Shown here piece by piece: positions 1 to 9,696 of a stretch of 64,000 bases of DNA. Numbering within the stretch: position 1 is the stretch's first letter; every line of letters begins with the position of its first letter. Under the pieces are notes generated by a model that saw only the letters and a list, made by a program, of their open reading frames with translations, ran no database searches and was not told where the DNA came from. The position numbers and the translations under genes are program-made. Source of the stretch: Verrucomicrobiia bacterium (GTDB lineage Bacteria > Verrucomicrobiota > Verrucomicrobiia > Limisphaerales > UBA11358); contig DASYEY010000256.1 in NCBI GenBank assembly GCA_036498725.1, positions 5,611 to 69,610 on the forward strand, given 5' to 3'.

Positions 1-140
1 AAAACCGGCCAATTTTCGCGTTTCGCTTCGGCGGAACGCGACTTTTGTTTTGACCGCCGCTTGTAGCTAAATTTACAAAAACAGACGTTGACACCAACCA
101 ACATCTCTGTCTTAATATCCAGCCCTTTGGGGAAAATTTT

Positions 141-452
141 ATGTACGCCGTTTTAGAAACCGGAAGCAAACAATATCGCGTCGCCGCTGGCGATACGCTG
201 GAAATCGAACGTCTCGAAACCGAGGCGGGCAAGCCGTTCACGTTTGACCGTGTGCTGCTCGTCAACAACGACGGCAAAATTGCTGTGGGTGCGCCGACGG
301 TCGCAGGTGCGACGGTTGCGGCGGATGTGGTTGCCCACAAGCGCGGCGAAAAGAAACTGACGTTCAAGATGAAGCGCCGCAAAGGTTATCACAAGACCAT
401 CGGCCATCGTCAGGAATTGACGGTTGTCAAAATCACGGCCATCAACGCCTGA
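141..452 (+). CDS. rplU: 50S ribosomal protein L21
   Basis: The 103-aa ORF starts MYAVLETGSKQYRV, the canonical L21 N-terminus. It is followed by L27 and Obg in the conserved rplU-rpmA-obg order. Confidence 0.95.
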   Translation: MYAVLETGSKQYRVAAGDTLEIERLETEAGKPFTFDRVLLVNNDGKIAVGAPTVAGATVAADVVAHKRGEKKLTFKMKRRKGYHKTIGHRQELTVVKITAINA

Positions 453-483
453 TTCAATCTCAACTTTTTAACTAAAACGTTTT

Positions 484-747
484 ATGGCACATAAAAAAGG
501 TCAAGGTAGCGTAAGAAACGGGCGCGATAGCGTCAGCAAACGACTTGGCGTAAAAGAATTTGGCGGCACAGTTGTCAGCGCGGGTAGCATCATTATCCGT
601 CAGCGCGGCAGCCAGTTCATCGCCGGCAAGAATGTTGGTACCGGCAAAGACTGGACCTTGTTCGCCTTGACCGACGGCAAAGTGCTGTTCGACAAGGGCA
701 GCCGCCGCGTGAATGTCGTGGTCGAAGCCGCCGCCGCCAAAAACTAA
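484..747 (+). CDS. rpmA: 50S ribosomal protein L27
   Basis: The 87-aa ORF starts [16 protein letters not shown]...RLGVKEFGG, the typical L27 N-terminus. Confidence 0.95.
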   Translation: MAHKKGQGSVRNGRDSVSKRLGVKEFGGTVVSAGSIIIRQRGSQFIAGKNVGTGKDWTLFALTDGKVLFDKGSRRVNVVVEAAAAKN

Positions 748-766
748 GCGGCCGGTAACAATTTTA

Positions 767-797
767 AGGCGAGGTCACCAGCCTCGCCTTTTTTATT
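767..797 (+). terminator. Rho-independent terminator after rpmA
   Basis: An 8-bp GC-rich stem AGGCGAGG/CCTCGCCT with loop tcaccag is followed by TTTTTTATTTT. Confidence 0.75.
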
Positions 798-867
798 TTC
801 TAGGAGCACCCGGATGAAAATCATTTTTCATCTGGTGCATTTTGTGGATTCCATCTAAAAAGTCATC

Positions 868-2130
868 ATGTTCATCGATGAAATAAAGGTTTATGCCCGC
901 GCGGGGCACGGCGGACGCGGTTGCGTTGCGTTCCATCGCGAAGCTTACATTACCAAGGGCGGCCCGAGCGGCGGCAATGGTGGTCGCGGCGGCAGCGTGA
1001 TTTTACAGGCCGATCACGATCTCAACAATCTCATCCAACAGTATTACGTCCCGCGTCTCATTGCCCAGGTGGGCGAGGCGGGTATGGGCAAAGGTATGGA
1101 TGGGCATGCCGGTAAAGATGTCATCGTCAAAGTCCCCTGCGGCACGTTGGTTTGGCGTTTGCCAACTCCGCCCAAAGCAGTTGAGACGGACGAAGATGCG
1201 GATGAAGAGGAAGACGAAGAAGCCGAGCAACCTGCTTTCAAGATTGGCACCAGCAAACGTCCGATCATCCGTACGGCGGGTGGCTTTCTGGCGCAGGAAA
1301 TTGACCTGAGCAAGGAAGAGGACGACAGCGAATCAAGCATTGCCGATGCCACCAAAGGTGAATTGGTCGCTGATCTTACCACGCACGGGCAACAATTTAT
1401 TTTGTGCAAAGGCGGACGTGGTGGTTTGGGCAATCGTAATTTTGCGACCGCAGCGCGTCAGACCCCGCGTTTTGCACAGCCGGGCGAACCGGGTGATGAA
1501 GGCGACTTCCTGCTTGAACTGCGCATCATGGCTGAGATCGGACTCGTCGGCTATCCGAACGCCGGTAAATCCACCATCCTGGCCGCTATTTCGCGCGCGC
1601 GTCCAAAAATTGCGCCTTATCCTTTCACTACCCTGCATCCGCAGATTGGTATTGTTGAATATCCCGATTGGAAGCGGCTGACGGTTTGTGACGTGCCGGG
1701 TTTGATCGAAGGCGCGCATAATAACGTCGGCTTGGGCCACGAATTTCTCCGTCACATCCAACGCTGCAAAATTCTCGTGCTGCTGGTTGACATGGCGGGC
1801 ACGGATAACCGCAAACCGTGGGATGATTACAAACAGTTGCTCAAGGAACTGGAGCTCTACGATCCGGCGCTGGTTGAAAAACCGCGTTTGGTGGTTGCCA
1901 ATAAAATGGACGAAGCCGTCGCCGAGGAAAATTTGAAGCAGTTCAAAAAGAAGATCAAAAAAGTCTCCGTGCTGCCGATTTCCGCTGCGTTTGGTGAAGG
2001 GATGGAAAAATTTACGCAGTCCATCCGTGAAGCGGTGGAAGCCGCTGCCGCGGAAGGGGCACCGCTTGATCCACCACCTCAACCGCCGGAGAAACCCAAG
2101 AAGTCCCGGGCCAAAAAAGCTCGCAAGTAA
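868..2130 (+). CDS. obg: GTPase Obg/CgtA
   Basis: N-terminus MFIDEIKVYARAGHGGRGCVAFHRE with glycine-rich GGNGGRGGS and GGRGGLGN segments. G1 motif GYPNAGKST and G3 motif DVPGLIEGA are present. It carries an extra acidic insertion and a Lys-rich tail. Confidence 0.93.
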   Translation: MFIDEIKVYARAGHGGRGCVAFHREAYITKGGPSGGNGGRGGSVILQADHDLNNLIQQYYVPRLIAQVGEAGMGKGMDGHAGKDVIVKVPCGTLVWRLPTPPKAVETDEDADEEEDEEAEQPAFKIGTSKRPIIRTAGGFLAQEIDLSKEEDDSESSIADATKGELVADLTTHGQQFILCKGGRGGLGNRNFATAARQTPRFAQPGEPGDEGDFLLELRIMAEIGLVGYPNAGKSTILAAISRARPKIAPYPFTTLHPQIGIVEYPDWKRLTVCDVPGLIEGAHNNVGLGHEFLRHIQRCKILVLLVDMAGTDNRKPWDDYKQLLKELELYDPALVEKPRLVVANKMDEAVAEENLKQFKKKIKKVSVLPISAAFGEGMEKFTQSIREAVEAAAAEGAPLDPPPQPPEKPKKSRAKKARK

Positions 2131-2204
2131 GGATTATTTCATCGCGGGTTAGTTGAGATCAAGCGAGGCAACGCTTTGATTGCCAAGCGCTAAAGTGCTT
2201 TAAG

Positions 2205-2235
2205 TCAACCTGTAGCCGATCACAGGTTGATTTTG
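2205..2235 (+). terminator. Rho-independent terminator after obg
   Basis: A 9-bp stem TCAACCTGT/ACAGGTTGA with an 8-nt loop is followed by TTTTG. It lies in the gap between convergent obg and rsmD. Confidence 0.7.
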
Positions 2236-2376
2236 TAGGTGACGAGGTGACGAGTCTCTAACTAAAAGCCAAGCTCACACGAGGACGAGCACGACGAGGA
2301 GGATGGCGTCAGCCGCATCCGCGCCCCAATTAACGATAATCGGCCACAGTATTTCTTGAATCGCTCTAGCGCCTGA

Positions 2377-2949
2377 TCAGGGCAATTCAAAAAAGCGCAT
2401 CAACGTATCGCCATGCTTGAGGGTTTTTACCTCGATCCACGGGGTCATGATCTCCAACGTATCCCGTTTCGTATGGCCAAGGACAAAACGTCCGCCCGGC
2501 GCGAGCAGCTTTGGCAGTTGCGGATCATCCAATAGCTGCTGCGCAAAAGAGGTTGAGCGGCGATTCACATTCTTTTCGCCATATGGCGGATCGGCCAGGA
2601 TCAGGTCAAATTGCCGGCCATTTTCCGCGAGGTGTTTCATCACGGGAAAAACGTCCTGCGTGCGTGCCTCCAGAATTTCGCCGTAACCGGCGGCGACCGC
2701 ATTGCTGCGGATAAATTCTGCATGGCGCTGCGATTTTTCCACGCACATCACCGTTGCCGCGCCCCGGCTCAAGCATTCCAGGCTCAATGCGCCACTGCCC
2801 GCGAACAATTCCAAAACCCTGGCGTTGACGACGCGTTCGCCGAGTGAATTGAAAATTGCCTGTTTGACGAGATCCGGTGTTGGACGAACGTCGAGCCCCT
2901 TGGGAACTTTCAAGATTCGTCGAGCTGCGTTGCCTCCAGTGATGCGCAT
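2377..2949 (-). CDS. rsmD: 16S rRNA (guanine966-N2)-methyltransferase RsmD-like
   Basis: RITGG...L.VP.G...RPT.D.VK.AIFN N-terminus, SAM motif LELFAGSGALSLECLSRGA and the DPPY catalytic motif. Confidence 0.85.
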   Translation of the reverse strand: MRITGGNAARRILKVPKGLDVRPTPDLVKQAIFNSLGERVVNARVLELFAGSGALSLECLSRGAATVMCVEKSQRHAEFIRSNAVAAGYGEILEARTQDVFPVMKHLAENGRQFDLILADPPYGEKNVNRRSTSFAQQLLDDPQLPKLLAPGGRFVLGHTKRDTLEIMTPWIEVKTLKHGDTLMRFFELP

Positions 2950-3019
2950 GGGTTGGTTAAATAGTGGAATTGTGCTTGGTTACACCGTAGATCAATAAGC
3001 GGTGCCACCAGGCAATGAA

Positions 3020-3796
3020 TTAATGATTCAGGGTTTCGGCAAAAAAATCCTTCATGGCCTGCCATGAACGTTTGTCGGCTTTCTCATTATATTTGGCGCC
3101 GGGATTGCTGAATCCGGGGTCAGGTTGGGTGAAGCTATGAACGGCACCGCCGTAAAAGGCGATTTGCCAATCCACCTTGTTGTCACGCATTTCATTCTCA
3201 AAGGCGGTCAAATCTTCCGGCTTTTGGAATGGATCATCGGCACCCGCAAGGGCCAATACTTTGCCTTTGATATTTTTGCCATCCGCCGGGGTCGGCGAAT
3301 CCAAGCCGCCGTGAAAGCTCACCACCCCGTTTAGCGTTGCTCCGCTGCGGGCCAGTTCGATCACCGTCGTGCCGCCGAAACAATAGCCGATGGCGGCGAT
3401 ATTATTTTGGTCAACCAACGGTTGCTTGCGCAATTCGTCCAACCCGGCATTCGCGCGGGCACGCAGCAACGTGCGGTCGGCTTTGAATTTGCTGGATAAC
3501 GGCCCGGCTTCCTTGACGCCGTTCGGGCGGTTATCTTTACCGTAAATATCGGCACAAAACGCCACGTAACCAAGTTGCGCGAGCATTTCTGCGCGATGTT
3601 TCTCATAATTAGTCAGGCCGAGCCATTGATGGACAATCAGTACGCCCGGGCGTGTGCCGGAAAGGGCGTCATCATAAGCCACATAACCTTCCAGCGTGGT
3701 ATCGCCTTGTTTGTAGTCCACAGTTTTCGTCACGATTTTTGCCGGAACCGAAATCGCCCACGCTGCTGCGAGCAGGGTCAAAAGCAATTTTTTCAT
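3020..3796 (-). CDS. Dienelactone hydrolase family protein (secreted)
   Basis: Signal peptide MKKLLLTLLAAAWAISVPA starts at the internal ATG at 3796. The alpha/beta-hydrolase nucleophile elbow is GYCFGG. The C-terminal HSF...KADKRSWQAMKDFF is typical of the DLH family. The 27-codon upstream extension in the ORF track was not used. Confidence 0.8.
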   Translation of the reverse strand: MKKLLLTLLAAAWAISVPAKIVTKTVDYKQGDTTLEGYVAYDDALSGTRPGVLIVHQWLGLTNYEKHRAEMLAQLGYVAFCADIYGKDNRPNGVKEAGPLSSKFKADRTLLRARANAGLDELRKQPLVDQNNIAAIGYCFGGTTVIELARSGATLNGVVSFHGGLDSPTPADGKNIKGKVLALAGADDPFQKPEDLTAFENEMRDNKVDWQIAFYGGAVHSFTQPDPGFSNPGAKYNEKADKRSWQAMKDFFAETLNH

Positions 3797-3918
3797 ATGC
3801 GAGAACAATAAAACATCAGTCGGAAAATACCAGCGTGTTTCCGGGCGGCTGGGTTTCCTGCCAACGGCCATGATCATTTCTCGGTTTCAATCTGCGGGCA
3901 GGACGTTAAAATCCGGGG

Positions 3919-4422
3919 GTGCATTTAATCGAACCGCCCGACTCGCATCATCTCGACGCCGCCATCGGCTGGCTCGGGTTGAACTGTGCAGACGATGCGC
4001 TGGCGGAATTGGAGAATATTTCCGGCGAAAATCAAAATCATCCTGCCGTGCTGGAAATGCGCTGGACGATTTCTGCGCACCAACGGCAATGGAGCGATGC
4101 CTTGCAGATCGCCCAGGTCGAATTGACGCTGGCACCCGATGATGCCTCGGGCTGGTTGCATCGCGCCTATGCATTACGGCGGGTGGCCGATGGCGGTTTG
4201 TCCCAGGCTTGGGATGCCTTGCTGCCTGCTGCCAAAAAATTTCCCGCGGAACCGATCGTCGCCTATAACCTTTCCTGCTACGCCTGCCAAATGGAGCAAC
4301 TGGACATTGCGCGACATTGGCTGCGTCAGGCGGTGACCGCCGGGAAAAAGGAAGTCATCAAGAAAATGGCGCTTGCCGATGACGACCTGCAAGCGTTGTG
4401 GCCGGAAATCCGGGAATTGTGA
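3919..4422 (+). CDS. TPR-like helical repeat protein (hypothetical)
   Basis: 167-aa ORF with TPR-like helical pairs (A..W..RAYALRR, AYNLSCYACQMEQLDIARHWLRQAV). There are no catalytic motifs. The start is GTG. Confidence 0.5.
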   Translation: MHLIEPPDSHHLDAAIGWLGLNCADDALAELENISGENQNHPAVLEMRWTISAHQRQWSDALQIAQVELTLAPDDASGWLHRAYALRRVADGGLSQAWDALLPAAKKFPAEPIVAYNLSCYACQMEQLDIARHWLRQAVTAGKKEVIKKMALADDDLQALWPEIREL

Positions 4423-4450
4423 ATGTGATTTTCGTGGTTTAAAAACAATT

Positions 4451-5260
4451 TTGAAAACAGCAAAAACCATTTTGTCCGTGGCCGGTTTGCATATCGAACG
4501 CAGCGGCACGGTGATTTTAAACGATCTTTCCTGGCGCGTGGCGCCCGGCCAGCATTGGGTGATTCTCGGTGCCAATGGTTCCGGAAAAACGTCATTGCTG
4601 AGTGCGTTGACCGGTTATCTGATGCCGACGGCGGGGGAAATTTCCGTGCTGGGCGAAACGTACGGCGAATCTGACTGGCGCGAATTGCGGAAAAAGATCG
4701 GCATCGTCAGTTCGTCCGTGCGTCAGATGATGGCCGATGAAGAGCCGGCCTTGGAGACGGTCGCCAGCGGCAAATATGCGATGATTGATTTTTGGGGGCA
4801 GCTGAGCCGCACCGATAAACTCCAGGCGCGGGCATTGTTGAAACAGGTTGAAGCCGAATATCTCGTCAACCGTCCCTGGGGCGTGTTATCGCAGGGCGAA
4901 CGGCAGCGCGTTTTGATCGGACGCGCACTGATGGCCAAGCCGCGGGTGCTGATTTTGGACGAACCGTGCGCGGGATTGGATCCGACGGCGCGCGAACATT
5001 TCCTGCAATTCATCCAGCGGCTGGGCGGGAACAAAAACGCGCCCACCTTGATCTTGGTGACCCATCACGTCGAAGAAATCGTGCCGGTATTTTCCGATGT
5101 GCTGATCTTGAAAAAAGGCCACGTGCTGGCGGCCGGGGAAAAATCAAAGGTGCTGAATTCAAAAGACCTGTCGGAAGCTTTTCACGCACCGATCAAATTG
5201 CGGCGGACGGGCAGCCGCTATGAATTGAAAGTTGCAGGAAAATCGCGTGCAGTCGTGTGA
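4451..5260 (+). CDS. ABC transporter ATP-binding protein (stand-alone ATPase, ModF/YlmA-like)
   Basis: Walker A GANGSGKTSLL, signature LSQGERQRV, Walker B ILILDEPCAGLD and an H-loop VTHH. The start is uncertain: the frame is open from 4373 but overlaps the previous gene, and the in-frame TTG at 4451 was chosen. Confidence 0.8.
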   Translation: MKTAKTILSVAGLHIERSGTVILNDLSWRVAPGQHWVILGANGSGKTSLLSALTGYLMPTAGEISVLGETYGESDWRELRKKIGIVSSSVRQMMADEEPALETVASGKYAMIDFWGQLSRTDKLQARALLKQVEAEYLVNRPWGVLSQGERQRVLIGRALMAKPRVLILDEPCAGLDPTAREHFLQFIQRLGGNKNAPTLILVTHHVEEIVPVFSDVLILKKGHVLAAGEKSKVLNSKDLSEAFHAPIKLRRTGSRYELKVAGKSRAVV

Positions 5261-5577
5261 TTTGGCGGGGTGATGACAGGGACGCTTTGGGTCGAGTAGC
5301 GTCATGGAGATGAGCATGGCGATAGCTTTGCCTGCGCTGCGGCCAAAGTCATCGCCGAGTGTAGCGTCAGGCGATGAAACATTGCGCGTCCAACTACCAC
5401 TGAAAGCCACAAATTGCCGGCGGTGCCGGCATAATGGGTCGCAGCGCAACCCATTCCACCCGTCCCTATGAGATGCCAAGGTTGTTATCCGTTAACAATC
5501 GCTGGCGACCCATTTGCTTGGACACGGGTTGCCAGGAAGCTGGCACCGAGCAGGTGAGGCCGTGCTGCGGGCCGCAA

Positions 5578-6990
5578 TCACGCGGCTACGGGCACCGCCG
5601 CTTTTTGCTGCCAGCCGAATAATTTCTTGGCCTTGATGACTTCAAAAATCGCCGCTGGAATGATTTCGCTCAGCGATTCATCGCCGGCATGGATCTTGGC
5701 CAGGACTTCACCGGAATAGACCTTGAGCACTTCCGGGTTATAGCCGGCGATGTTTTCAATAAATTTATTTTCCACCAAGTGAGCGTAGAGATGGCGCAGG
5801 TGCGGTGCGACTTCCATATTTTCGACGGTGATGAGTTTGCCGGTTTTTTTATCAAGCGACGGGTAAACGTATAATTTCGCGCCATTCTTGAACAACTGGC
5901 CGAGCGATTCCATCAAGCCGCCGGGCAGGTCAGTGTAAAATTTTTCGTCGAACACATCCCGCAAACGCACCAGCCCAATGGGCAGTCCGATAGGGCGGTC
6001 CGTCTGGCGCGACAGATAGGTGACGAGGCGATGGTAGCGCAGAAAGTTTGAAATGAGCACCGGTTTGCCCAGTGCGCCCAGCGTGTCCACGCGGTCCAGA
6101 AAATCCTGGTGGTCAATCGCATTGCCGACCTGCAGCTGGCGCAGCGTCATTTCGAACATGACGACGGGTTGCTCGCCGGGAGCACATTTTTCCTGCACGA
6201 ATTTTTCCTGTGCCCGTTCCAACATGTCGAGCATCGGATTGGTGAGCGGCCGAAAACTTCCGCGCTCGAGCAGGATCGGTTTTTTCCACAGCAGTTCGCC
6301 GGGAATCACGGCCTCACCGGCAGCGGTGAACATGGCGGCTTCGGTCAGCCATTGTTCGACGAGTTGCAGGGCCATCAGACGATTGTCCACGCCCGTGAAC
6401 GCGGGGCCGGAAAATTTGATCATATCCACTTCCACCCGGGCGCTGGAAAGGTCATCCAGCAGGGAACCGATGAGCTGGGTCGGGCTGCCGGAACGGTAAA
6501 ACGCACCGTGGATCAGGTTCACGCCGATGATCCCGAGCGCTTCCTGCTGGCGGAGGCTTTCCTTGTCGAGGGTGCGGACGTGAATCATGATCTGCGATGG
6601 CGCTTCGTGGAGTTGCGCTTGAAATTTTACGCCCAGCCAGCCCTGGCCTTCATCGCGCTTGGTGGCGACAGTGTCGGCAAAAACGAAGAACTGGCATTTG
6701 TCGCCGCGGGTTTTATCCAGCCGTTTGAGGAGCAGGTCAAACTCAAGATCCAGCATCGCCTGCAGGCGTTTGCGGCTGACGTAACGGTCGGCTTTGCCGT
6801 AAATCGCGTCGCTCACGGCCATGTCGTAGGCGGAAATGGTCTTGGCCACGGTGCCGGAGGCCTTGCCGACATGGAAAAAACGGCGGGCAACTTCCTGGCC
6901 GGCGCCGATCTCGGCAAACGTGCCATATTTCTTGGCATCGAGATTGATCTGGAGCGCCTTTTCGTCGGTGTTTAATTTTTCGCCGGTCAT
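5578..6990 (-). CDS. Conserved hypothetical protein (470 aa, family not assigned)
   Basis: Long ORF with coding-like composition and no low-complexity stretches. The N-terminus GTFAEIGAGQEVARRFF looks like a conserved motif, but I cannot name the family. Confidence 0.6.
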   Translation of the reverse strand: MTGEKLNTDEKALQINLDAKKYGTFAEIGAGQEVARRFFHVGKASGTVAKTISAYDMAVSDAIYGKADRYVSRKRLQAMLDLEFDLLLKRLDKTRGDKCQFFVFADTVATKRDEGQGWLGVKFQAQLHEAPSQIMIHVRTLDKESLRQQEALGIIGVNLIHGAFYRSGSPTQLIGSLLDDLSSARVEVDMIKFSGPAFTGVDNRLMALQLVEQWLTEAAMFTAAGEAVIPGELLWKKPILLERGSFRPLTNPMLDMLERAQEKFVQEKCAPGEQPVVMFEMTLRQLQVGNAIDHQDFLDRVDTLGALGKPVLISNFLRYHRLVTYLSRQTDRPIGLPIGLVRLRDVFDEKFYTDLPGGLMESLGQLFKNGAKLYVYPSLDKKTGKLITVENMEVAPHLRHLYAHLVENKFIENIAGYNPEVLKVYSGEVLAKIHAGDESLSEIIPAAIFEVIKAKKLFGWQQKAAVPVAA

Positions 6991-7077
6991 AAATTTTTCC
7001 GGGCTTACGATACAAAAAGCGGCGGCGAGCCCAAAGCTTAAAACTTTGGACTTTAGACTTTCGATTTGAGGCGTATA

Positions 7078-8166
7078 ATGGACTCCATGTATCGGACGCA
7101 GGATTTACACGTCAAAGAAATCGTGCCGTTGCTGTCACCGCGTGCGCTCAAGGCGCAGTCGCCGACGACAGAGACGGCCAACGCCACCGTGGCGCGCAGC
7201 CGCGAGCGGGTCATCCGCATTTTGCGGCAGGAAGACCCGCGCCAACTCGTCGTCATCGGGCCTTGCTCGATCCATGATGAAAAAAGTGCGATGGAATATG
7301 CCACGCGCCTGAACGCATTGCGCAAGGAATTTGCCGACCGGATGGAGATCGTCATGCGCGTCTATTTTGAGAAACCGCGCACCACAATTGGCTGGAAAGG
7401 CTTGATCAACGACCCGCATCTGGACGGTTCCCAGGACATCGGCACTGGTTTGCAGATCGCGCGCAAGCTATTGTTGGGCATCACCGATATGGGCATGCCG
7501 ACGGCGACGGAATTTTTGGACCCGATCGTTCCCCAATACATTGCCGACCTGATCAGTTGGGCGGCCATTGGCGCGCGCACCACGGAATCACAGACCCATC
7601 GCGAAATGGCGAGCGGTCTTTCAATGCCGGTCGGCTTGAAGAACTCCACCGACGGCAGCCTGCAAGTGGCGATTGATGCGATGGGGGCGACGCGGCATCC
7701 GCACAGTTTTCTGGGCATCAATGAAGACGGCGTCACCAGCATCGTCCGCACGAGCGGCAATCCGCACGCGCACGTTGTGTTGCGCGGCGGCCGCGCGATG
7801 ACCAATTATGACGCGGTAAGCATCGGCGCTGCCGAACAGAAATTGATCTCGGAAAAATTACCGCCGGTATTGATGGTGGATTGCAGCCACGCGAATTCCG
7901 AAAAGAAATTCGCCAAGCAGGAGGATGTCTGGCATAGCGTCATCCAGCAACGGGTCGAAGGCACAAAATCACTGATTGGCCTGATGGTTGAAAGCCATTT
8001 GCACGAGGGCAACCAGCCGATTCCAAAGCACGCGGCCGACTTGAAGTACGGCGTGAGCATCACCGATTCCTGCATCGGCTGGGAAACGACCGAACGGATG
8101 TTGCGCTGGGGTTATGAGCAGCTCGGAACGGTGATCCCGGCAAAGGCCGCCACGGTCGGCGCCTGA
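7078..8166 (+). CDS. aroG: 3-deoxy-7-phosphoheptulonate (DAHP) synthase, class I
   Basis: Collinear with E. coli AroG as I recall it: [68 protein letters not shown] and ITDSCIGWE. The feedback isozyme type cannot be decided from sequence. Confidence 0.92.
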   Translation: MDSMYRTQDLHVKEIVPLLSPRALKAQSPTTETANATVARSRERVIRILRQEDPRQLVVIGPCSIHDEKSAMEYATRLNALRKEFADRMEIVMRVYFEKPRTTIGWKGLINDPHLDGSQDIGTGLQIARKLLLGITDMGMPTATEFLDPIVPQYIADLISWAAIGARTTESQTHREMASGLSMPVGLKNSTDGSLQVAIDAMGATRHPHSFLGINEDGVTSIVRTSGNPHAHVVLRGGRAMTNYDAVSIGAAEQKLISEKLPPVLMVDCSHANSEKKFAKQEDVWHSVIQQRVEGTKSLIGLMVESHLHEGNQPIPKHAADLKYGVSITDSCIGWETTERMLRWGYEQLGTVIPAKAATVGA

Positions 8167-8186
8167 TCCATTTTAAAAAAACGAAA

Positions 8187-8218
8187 CGCCCTTGATTGGC
8201 GCAAACCAATCAAGGGCG
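8187..8218. terminator. Bidirectional hairpin terminator between aroG and the OMP gene
   Basis: A perfect 13-bp stem CGCCCTTGATTGG/CCAATCAAGGGCG with loop cgcaaa. An A-run lies upstream and a T-rich stretch downstream. Confidence 0.7.
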
Positions 8219-8234
8219 TGCTTATTTGTATGGA

Positions 8235-9539
8235 TCAAAATGAATAGCGATATGCCAGCGAGAATAGATGCACGTTGAAAGTGTATTTGCCGTTGGTCGT
8301 GGGCACGCCAAGTGTTACGGGATTATTGATGTTCCGATCATCGTAAAAATCCAGGCCGTAGGCAAATTCAAGCGAACTATGTTCGCCTTTCCAGCCGACG
8401 CCAATCGTGAGGACATTCTGGTTTGCGTCAGGAATGGTTGGCGAGAAGGTCGAATCCGGCACGGGACTTTCAAAATACTGGTAACCCGCGCGCAAAACCC
8501 AATGTTCGGCAAATTTCCAGTCACCGCCAATGCCAGCCGTAAAAGTGTTATGCCAATTTTCGGGGATGTTTTGGCTCAAAGAGCCAATGGGAGTACTGCC
8601 CGTGGTAACGCCAAGATTTTTAAATTGCGAAAACTGCAGCCATTCCACATCGGATTCCAAGCGGATGGTATCCGTCAGGTCAATTCCATAGCCAACGGAA
8701 AAAATGTTGGGAAATTTGATCTGGCTGTCAAAGGAGGTTTCCGGATTGCCTGGATAATTCACAAGCATCACATTGCCGCTGTAATCCACCGTCATCGTGG
8801 AACGATAGGTCATGGCCAGTCGTTGATGGTCAGTAATTTTCCAGGTCACCCCAAGGTTGCCGCCGACCCCGACCCCATCGCCATCGGCGTGGGCAAACAC
8901 TCCGGGCAATCCTGGACTTACAAATTGTTTAAATTCCAAATCTGACCACATCACATCCAGCCCCACCCCGATTTGCAAATGATCGCCCAATTTGGCGGCA
9001 AAAGTGGGATTGAAGTTCATCGTGGTCAACTTCGAGTAATACGCCGTCGCGTAAGTCAGATTGCCGCCCGCAGGAGGCGTTGACTGGGAAAACGCCGTTG
9101 ATTTGTCATTCCACTGGTTTGCCAGTCCGAACGGCACGGTTACACCAAAACCAAAAGCAAAGCGATTGTCGGCGAAAGGAATGGACGCAAAAAAATTCGG
9201 CAACGCCTTTATCGGATGGATGGTTGAAGCCGCTTCGGTGCCATCGGGTGACGTATAATGCACCTTGATGTAAATGAGTGAAGGATCAAATTCCGCCTGG
9301 GCGGTATTGATATCCATCAAATTCGCGGGGTTATTTTGTACTGCCGTGGAATCGCCCACTTGCGCGATGCGTCCGCCGGAACGACCCAAGTCAAACGCCC
9401 CGGTGGTGGCGTCGCGGAAGCCTTCAGCCTTCGCCACCCCATCTGAAAAGACGGCGAACGCCGTGATGCATACTGCGGCGCAGTGAGATGATTTCAGGCC
9501 GGCAATTTGACAACGCTTCTGAGTTGATGGTTGCTTCAT
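8235..9539 (-). CDS. Outer-membrane transport protein, OMPP1/FadL/TodX-like beta-barrel
   Basis: Signal-like N-terminus from the internal Met (MKQPSTQKR...AFAVFSDGVAKAEGF). It has alternating beta-strand patterning, aromatic girdles and a terminal ...AYRYSF with C-terminal Phe. Confidence 0.75.
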   Translation of the reverse strand: MKQPSTQKRCQIAGLKSSHCAAVCITAFAVFSDGVAKAEGFRDATTGAFDLGRSGGRIAQVGDSTAVQNNPANLMDINTAQAEFDPSLIYIKVHYTSPDGTEAASTIHPIKALPNFFASIPFADNRFAFGFGVTVPFGLANQWNDKSTAFSQSTPPAGGNLTYATAYYSKLTTMNFNPTFAAKLGDHLQIGVGLDVMWSDLEFKQFVSPGLPGVFAHADGDGVGVGGNLGVTWKITDHQRLAMTYRSTMTVDYSGNVMLVNYPGNPETSFDSQIKFPNIFSVGYGIDLTDTIRLESDVEWLQFSQFKNLGVTTGSTPIGSLSQNIPENWHNTFTAGIGGDWKFAEHWVLRAGYQYFESPVPDSTFSPTIPDANQNVLTIGVGWKGEHSSLEFAYGLDFYDDRNINNPVTLGVPTTNGKYTFNVHLFSLAYRYSF

Positions 9540-9696
9540 AATTAATCCTCTTGGGCTCCAATTTGGGCAATCGCTGTCCCGGCACAAGACAATTTATCTC
9601 GCCGGTCTACGGGGTGCGCCCACAGACGAGCACGCATGATGCCAAGCAAAAAAAAATCATAAAGTAAACAATCGCTTTGTTTTACCCAAACAAATC

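Noticed and set aside
1333-2082. 249-aa minus-strand ORF opposite obg.
   Set aside because: The plus-strand frame encodes an unmistakable Obg GTPase, so this is a shadow ORF.
3797-3877. 27-codon upstream extension of the dienelactone hydrolase ORF.
   Set aside because: The internal Met at 3796 is followed by a textbook signal peptide (MKKLLLTLLAAAW...). The extension has no such features.
5261-5577. 317-nt gap between convergent genes, examined for an ncRNA, tRNA or gene remnant. It includes the 106-aa minus-strand ORF at 5159-5479.
   Set aside because: There is only a weak hairpin (TTGTTA-tccgt-TAACAA at about 5484-5500) and loosely repeated GTAGCGTCA words. I recognise no structure or motif. 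The 106-aa ORF overlaps the ABC gene end and has a non-coding-like composition. It is left unannotated.
6109-6975. 288-aa ORF on the plus strand, antisense to the 470-aa gene.
   Set aside because: It lies entirely within a better-formed opposite-strand gene. Its composition is Gly/Ala/Arg/His-rich and low-complexity, typical of shadow frames in GC-rich DNA, and it has no motifs.
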